From Ranitomeya imitator (lineage: Eukaryota): a stretch of 64,000 nt of DNA. Where the stretch lies: assembly GCF_032444005.1 (NCBI RefSeq), contig NC_091288.1:204290001-204354000 (forward strand), read 5' to 3'. Below the pieces are notes generated by a model. That model saw only the letters and a program-made list of their open reading frames with translations, did no database searches and was not told the DNA's origin. Position numbers and translations under genes: made by a program. Positions 61,701 to 64,000 of this stretch are shown here, one piece after another (within the stretch, counting starts at the first letter, position 1; each line of letters begins with the position of its first letter).

Positions 61701-63278
61701 ATTAATGAAGTTTCTTCCTTCTAAAGGAGAGCTACTTTACATATTCTTTACCATTGTAATACTTCACACATCAGCCGAATCTCCACAGTGACTCTGACAC
61801 ATCTATCTGCAAATAGGTGTCTAGTTTAGGTAATATCCCAATTAAAGGGGTCATTCCCATCTTCGTGGATAGGTATTGTTAGATAGAGCATGCAAAAACA
61901 AGCACTTTTGTAATTTACTGCTTATTAAAATTTTCAGCCATTGTTGAGATATTAACACTTTTCTTATCTGTACGGCTTGTTGCCTTGGAGTCCGACCACC
62001 GCTGTTGGTCTCCTAGACAACAAGGTGTAAACAAAATGAAAATGTTAATATCTCAAGAACGGCTGCAAATTTTAACAAGCAGTAAATTGTAAAAGTGTTT
62101 GTTTTCGCAAGCCCTACCCAACAAAATATCAAACTATGAAGATATGAATAACCCTTTAATGTTTTATAGATTTACATTTTTGTCTCCTCCACCCTCATCT
62201 TATGTATTAGAGGAGAGGTGGGTGTTTTTTAGTCTCTTGTTTTTTTGTTTTTCTTTCCAGGAGGAACTGAATTTCAAGGCTTCGAGCTTTTGGGTCTGAA
62301 GTGGATGCCTTCCCTGAGTTTGGCCCAGGCTACTGAGATCACCCCGTATGAGGTGGGAGAACATTTCTGGCAGGAGAGCGTGGACCAGCTAGCCTCCAAC
62401 CCAGCCTTGGTGTGTGTCCTGCGCCGCGTCCAGGCCTTCTCCAAACTAGCCGAAGTCATCAAAGAGCTTTTTCCGGGGATCGGAAAATGCCCAACCCCGC
62501 TCTTCATGTCTGCTACCCCTGAAGTGGCTTTTCGTCAGGCCGTCCATTTTTTCACAGAGAAGGACTTGGTTTCTGGTAATCAACATCTTAAGTGTCAGCT
62601 CTGCTTTTCCTTATTGTTTATGTGTCTTCCTTTTTTTCCCAACTGATTGTTCCATCCTTTGATTCCTCCAGAGATGCATAGTGACCTTGTAATCTTGCAA
62701 TTTGTTGTCCGCGGTGGACAATTTATGTTAAAAGTCTGTGTGGCCTCCATTATCAGGCTGCCTTGGGTTCCTTCTCTGCTGGTAACGCGTCCTTATAGCA
62801 ATATTCTACTTTTTAGATTCCCAAAGTCGCCCCTTTCTGAAATATCTCGCTCCTCCTGAGATCTACTGCAAGACGGAAGGTAAGTGTGACCTTAACCTTA
62901 CGGATTAGACAGTGGAGAGTAGAACCCAAGAAGGTCTTGCTCTGGAGGATCTGGCCCATCCATCCAGTACATGGATACCCTATCCATATCACTGAGATCA
63001 GTGTAATGCTTTATTTCTCCTGCGGGGGCACTGCAGGAAAATGGAACACTTGCTACTGGGTTCCTGTAGATCATCATTGATCACAGGCAGTAACTTGGCT
63101 TCTCTGCTGCATTGTTTCCCTTATTTTAGAGGCCGTTGATACAGTGAATGACTCTGGACTGCACCGTCGCACCATCATCTGTGTATACCCCAGACCTAAA
63201 TAGCATTTTTGGCTTTTCTGACAGGTGGAGGAGAGCACAGGGGACAGACGGAGTCCATATTTACATACATGCTGTCTG
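22002..63278 (+). CDS. DNAAF8: Dynein axonemal assembly factor 8 (C16orf71/Daap1), long non-mammalian form with C-terminal tandem NDK-like modules; continues beyond the window
   Basis: Exons: 22002-22085, 22198-22293, 28853-29134, 29559-29640, 29742-29879/29886, 30032/30051-30157/30209, 31950-32249, 32338/32341-32488, 33636-33818, 33897-34049, 34414-34611, 38821-38931, 39100-39244, 44427-44742, 44817-44878, 45057-45211, 47308-47443, 48183-48305, 48659-48850, 62261-62575, 62817-62879, 63225-63278 (about 1150 codons). C16orf71-like motifs: [34 protein letters not shown]. Head-to-head with ANKS3 as in human. Splicing at 29879-31950 is ambiguous. Confidence 0.82.
22838..26590 (-). CDS. L1 ORF2p (APE endonuclease, reverse transcriptase, C-terminal Cys/His knuckle), uninterrupted, 1250 aa from ATG 26590
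   Basis: Motifs [48 protein letters not shown]...HMLWQC with no internal stop. Confidence 0.95.
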   Translation of the reverse strand: MGGNVNIISWNVRGLADATKRAAIFQYLLKQRPSVICLQETHLVEEKVDMLQKKWVRRAYHSTFSNYARGVSVLVHTSTPFEEIEVKIDKDGQYVFLVCKIFNRLICIVSLYIPPPYSGKKIQEILEHMRGWVGVPFLVVGDVNNIADDHWDKSNHAPLRGDGNGTPFGNYLREIGWIDLWRVRNFSTYSYSCYSTTYGSMSRIDVALGNDGMNELLSGVEYNPRILSDHSPVRVSLKLSEQVGSRKMGWKVHPSWLQLLDMEIVGAEIEEFFKINEGSAECHVVWDTMKAYLRGILFRDISRHKTRTRTQDQAVLEELKEAEAALGAHCSRESQSRMRKAQQEVNQLYLRKAERLRAFQRASFYSEGEKVGHLLSVVASAQRDSSHVYSIKREDGTLATRGEQILEVFGKFYDKLYTSSVERGAEDMMGYLEGIDLPRLSREECEELEEPIGEEELGAALAGVAGGKAPGADGIPAEVYKVLKETLLARLSEVYNSSLERGELPSSMREAIVVVIPKADKDPQLPESYRPISLLTADIKILAKALANRLSRVIDRLVHPDQSGFMPNKSTALNLRRLFLNLQIPSDNVGRRVVVSLDAHKAFDCVEWSYLWSVLERMGFGPKFISWVQLLYSSPVAKIRVNNALSETFSLSRGTRQGCPLSPLLFALAVEPLAAKIRGSREVRGFIYGEAEEKVALYADDILLFLEDSEETLVKTEAIIEEFGSYSGLRINWDKSNMMLIDGDSGDGGGEVSSTRLKLVDKFKYLGIQITLPLTSFEELNLAPLLRRIRTKVQAWRKLHLSVIGRINLIKMIVMPQLLYVLHNSPIWISQNRFRRIRSLFGELIWGGKSPRFKQETLQRPKTEGGVALPNPWLYFLASQCQHFKGWGDVVGGTRAPCSLRSLIGTKVLSEGLEGGHFREKGSKFCTIRLIHKVWDKVKGIRGVHALTRFSPIWNNCVLQEFRQMEGFHNWREAGISRMGQILHQGRIRDFDALQEEFLLPDSELFQYRRLSHAHRAQCRRGPVEIQVDLMLDFILVGGGTKGVISGIYEFLLFSFLEEHPIRARAKWEADLGAIDNDHWESVLDYVPKISMSEPGRLSQLFVIHRAYRTPDMLFKAGLRSSSECPRCSQSDAGILHMLWQCPRLSSFWVVVLNKVGLAYGCTVPRDPLVCVLGYVEEIITDKMYKVVIARLLFIARKLIAKFWIREEPPTRRDFMKQVDHIIALERSIYVRRSKADLFDRLWNPWLESM
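26963..28074 (-). CDS. L1 ORF1p (coiled coil, RRM, CTD); probable 1-nt frameshift near 27890-27960 relative to ATG 28074
   Basis: Motifs [40 protein letters not shown]. The upstream ATG ORF (MPRRKQ...QDGA...ARLERFAR, 28074-27883) overlaps in a different frame. Confidence 0.85.
28505..28801. other. Assembly gap (297 N)
   Basis: Run of N, 52 nt upstream of DNAAF8 exon 28853. Confidence 1.
30929..31111. repeat. Foldback palindrome, about 77-bp arms
   Basis: CAAAGCACCCCCTTTATCCAATTCATAAATT... / ...AATTTATGAATTGGATAAAGGGGGTGCTTTG. Confidence 0.85.
36361..37006. mobile_element. TA-flanked MITE with CCGTATTT termini (TcMar-Tc2/Kanga-like), carrying an internal 400-bp hairpin
   Basis: TA|CCGTATTT...AAATACGG|TA. 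Removing it restores the Penelope RT frame (...[12 protein letters not shown]). Subfamily assignment is recalled from the terminus. Confidence 0.8.
37284..38248. mobile_element. PIF/Harbinger-type MITE nested in the Penelope RT
   Basis: TAA|GGCCATGTTCACAC...GTGTGAACATACCC|TAA with a 3-bp TAA TSD. Removing it rejoins ...[20 protein letters not shown]. Confidence 0.8.
39100..44742 (+). CDS. DNAAF8: DNAAF8 NDK-like module 1 (exons 39100-39244 and 44427-44742)
   Basis: [17 protein letters not shown]...[69 protein letters not shown] aligns by eye to the NDK consensus GPVVAMVLEG..AV..WR.LMGPTDP..AR...P.SLRALYG.....NAVHGSDS..SA.REI.FFF. The phase-1 junction is compatible. Confidence 0.8.
39636..40152. 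mobile_element. MITE with CTCTTTCACACTTCAGTTGTTTGGCGTCAGTC TIRs (probably Harbinger-type)
   Basis: About 35-bp TIRs with many internal GACGGATCC/GGATCCGTC motifs. The flanks are TAA/TTA, so the TSD is not exact. Confidence 0.65.
40413..41116. mobile_element. PIF/Harbinger-type MITE, same family as 5644-6403
   Basis: TAA|AGGTACCGTCACAC...GTGTGACAGTACCT|TAA, with the same two internal hairpins. Confidence 0.8.
41228..42205. repeat. 30-bp minisatellite, about 32 copies
   Basis: (CCGTATACCGGGAACACCCCACAAGACCTG)n, homogeneous in the centre and degenerate at the edges. Confidence 0.92.
42290..42384. mobile_element. Terminal fragment of the same Harbinger-type MITE family
   Basis: GACAGCTCTCCAGCGACCAAACAGCGACGCTGCAGCGA...GTGTGAAGGTACCT is the reverse complement of the 40413 left end. 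Confidence 0.65.
42533..42696. other. Assembly gap (164 N)
   Basis: Run of N abutting the Tc1 left TIR. Confidence 1.
42697..44266 (-). mobile_element. Tc1/mariner DNA transposon with long TIRs; both ends run into assembly gaps
   Basis: About 190 bp of inverted repeat is visible at each end (42697-~42886 and ~44076-44266), nearly identical, around an intact transposase. Confidence 0.93.
42895..43917 (-). CDS. Tc1 transposase, DD34E, 340 aa, intact
   Basis: Paired-like HTH N-terminus, [31 protein letters not shown]. There are 34 residues between the second D and the E (counted). Confidence 0.95.
   Translation of the reverse strand: MVKTKELSNYTRNKIVALHQAGKTESAIANQLGVKKSTVGAIIRKWKTYKTTDNLPRSGAPRKIPPRGVRMITRTVSKNPRTTRGDLVNELQRAGTNVTRPTISNTLRHHGLRSCSARRVPLLKPVHVRARLKFAREHLDDPEEFWENVLWSDETKLELFGRNTTCRVWRKKNTELHPSNTIPTVKHGGGNIMLWGCFSAKGPGRLIRVHERMNGAMYREILSANLLPSARALKMKCGWVFQHDNDPKHTARATKEWLRKKHFKVLEWPSQSPDLNPIENLWRELKVRVAKRKAKNITALEEICMEEWANIPTTVCVNLVKTYRKRLTSVIANKGYITKY
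44267..44402. other. Assembly gap (136 N)
   Basis: Run of N abutting the Tc1 right TIR. Confidence 1.
45057..48305 (+). CDS. DNAAF8: DNAAF8 NDK-like module 2 (exons 45057-45211, 47308-47443, 48183-48305), strongly degenerate
   Basis: [37 protein letters not shown] resembles the NDK N-terminus (TL.LIKPDAV...GEII.RIE..GF.IVAMKML.L). It is followed by [11 protein letters not shown] and CFHALP. Phases 1-0-1-1 are consistent. Confidence 0.65.
45221..46732 (-). mobile_element. 5'-truncated CR1 LINE (RT C-terminal ~465 codons open) with (ACTATGTT)n tail
   Basis: Motifs [53 protein letters not shown]. 3' UTR hairpin GGCTGAACTGGATGGAC...TTTTTTCGGCC and an 8-mer tail at 45221-45250. Confidence 0.93.
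47733..47849. repeat. Short hairpin, core of a probable MITE
   Basis: CATGTGCAGG...GCAGTAGCTTAGGTATCCATG / CATGGATACCTAAGCTACTGC...CCTGCACATG. Confidence 0.7.
48659..62575 (+). CDS. DNAAF8: DNAAF8 NDK-like module 3 (exons 48659-48850 and 62261-62575), split by a 13.4-kb intron
   Basis: [25 protein letters not shown]...[58 protein letters not shown]...[18 protein letters not shown]. Both exons have strong splice sites and a phase 1-1 junction. Confidence 0.75.
49695..49955. repeat. Foldback palindrome / MITE, about 120-bp arms
   Basis: TGTATAGGGACTTGTCCCACGATAAAAACGATACC... / ...GGTATCGTTTTTATCGTGGGACAAGTCCCTATACA. Confidence 0.85.
50617..51582. repeat. 24-bp tandem array A, about 40 copies
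   Basis: (GTCAGATGTAGCAGAGCTGAACGT/AC)n. Confidence 0.93.
52308..53148. repeat. 24-bp tandem array B, about 35 copies, same unit and orientation as array A
   Basis: (GTCAGATGTAGCAGAGCTGAACGT/AC)n, more homogeneous than A. Confidence 0.93.
53351..58926. repeat. 37-bp satellite array, about 150 copies (5.6 kb)
   Basis: (TACCCACTTGTGATGTCACAGCAGTATGTCTGAGTGA)n, with variation concentrated just after GTCACA. Confidence 0.96.
59727..60800. repeat. About 65-bp G-rich tandem repeat, about 16 copies, with degenerate precursor units from about 59590
   Basis: (GGTGATGTCATTGGGTGAGGGGCGGTGATGTCACGGAGTGTAGAGCAGGGTTATCAGGGGGAGCT)n. Confidence 0.92.
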
Positions 63279-64000
63279 GTAAGTTCTCCATCTCATTTTT
63301 TGGGGGGAAAAAAGTAGCACTTCCAACAATCTGAAGAATGGACAATCTATACAGTTGTAGAATGACCAAAGATATATCTTAAAGGGGTTGTCCAAAGAAA
63401 ACAAGCTACCACCTATCGACATGATAGATAAAGGTACCAAAATTCTTCCCATGGGTCGGACCCACGCCGATCAATAGGTTATCATCTATACTGTGGAAAC
63501 CCCTTTAAAGGGCCATGCTTTGATATTCAGTCTGCTGTTCTGTTATCAGCCATGTCAGGCTGGGTAACAGATGACACAAATCCCTTTCAATAGCTTTAAA
63601 TATATCCAAGGAGGCAATCGTTTAGTCTAGCCTTACATATTACATTGATGGTGGCCCGTCCCTTTAACTTTAAAGGGATCAGCCAACCATCGAGTGTGCA
63701 TCGGGGTGACCCAACTTTCCCCAGCATCAGATGTTGGAAGAAAAAACCGATAGTTGTTTGTCGGGTTTCATTCTTAGAGGAGGTAAGATGTCAGGCTCGG
63801 ATCTATTCTTTTTCCGCCGGAAGAACACATGCACGCTCTGCTGAATAGAGCACGCACGTGTCTAGGAACAAGCATTGAGCCCATAGCTGTCACAAGGGTC
63901 ATGGCCACCTGTAATCTAGACCTTGTTACCTGCAGTGGACACCTCCTCTTTAGCCAAACCGTGCCCCTTCGTCAGCCAGGCCCAGATTAAAATGGATGAG

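Noticed and set aside
63129-63203. Candidate terminal DNAAF8 exon ([10 protein letters not shown]...PRPK*)
   Set aside because: A better acceptor and donor pair at 63225-63278 continues the frame. It cannot be fully excluded as an alternative end.
1-64000. tRNA, rRNA or snRNA genes
   Set aside because: None were recognisable by eye; a covariance-model search was not possible.

Overview
Repeat-rich vertebrate genomic DNA. The repeat families and genes suggest an anuran (frog), which is inference. Three spliced genes can be rebuilt by hand from GT-AG sites and reading-frame phase. (1) The last four coding exons of a class B GPCR of the glucagon-receptor family (+, 571-4497), most like the non-mammalian glucagon-related peptide receptor. 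(2) A complete 15-coding-exon ANKS3 (-, 7156-14104, 639 aa). (3) Head-to-head with ANKS3, a very long DNAAF8/C16orf71 (Daap1) gene (+, ATG 22002, running off the window end). It extends past the mammalian-type N-terminus into at least three tandem, degenerate nucleoside-diphosphate-kinase (NDK)-like modules. The shared promoter carries an RFX X-box, ZNF143-type, CCAAT and GC-box motifs and is sandwiched between two minisatellites. DNAAF8 introns hold a full-length L1 with a 16-bp TSD, a Tc1 with an intact DD34E transposase, a decayed Penelope element interrupted by two MITEs, a truncated CR1, Harbinger-type MITEs, foldback palindromes and several tandem arrays (24, 28, 30, 37, 65 and 86 bp units). 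There are three assembly gaps. All family assignments rest on recalled motifs; no database search was run.
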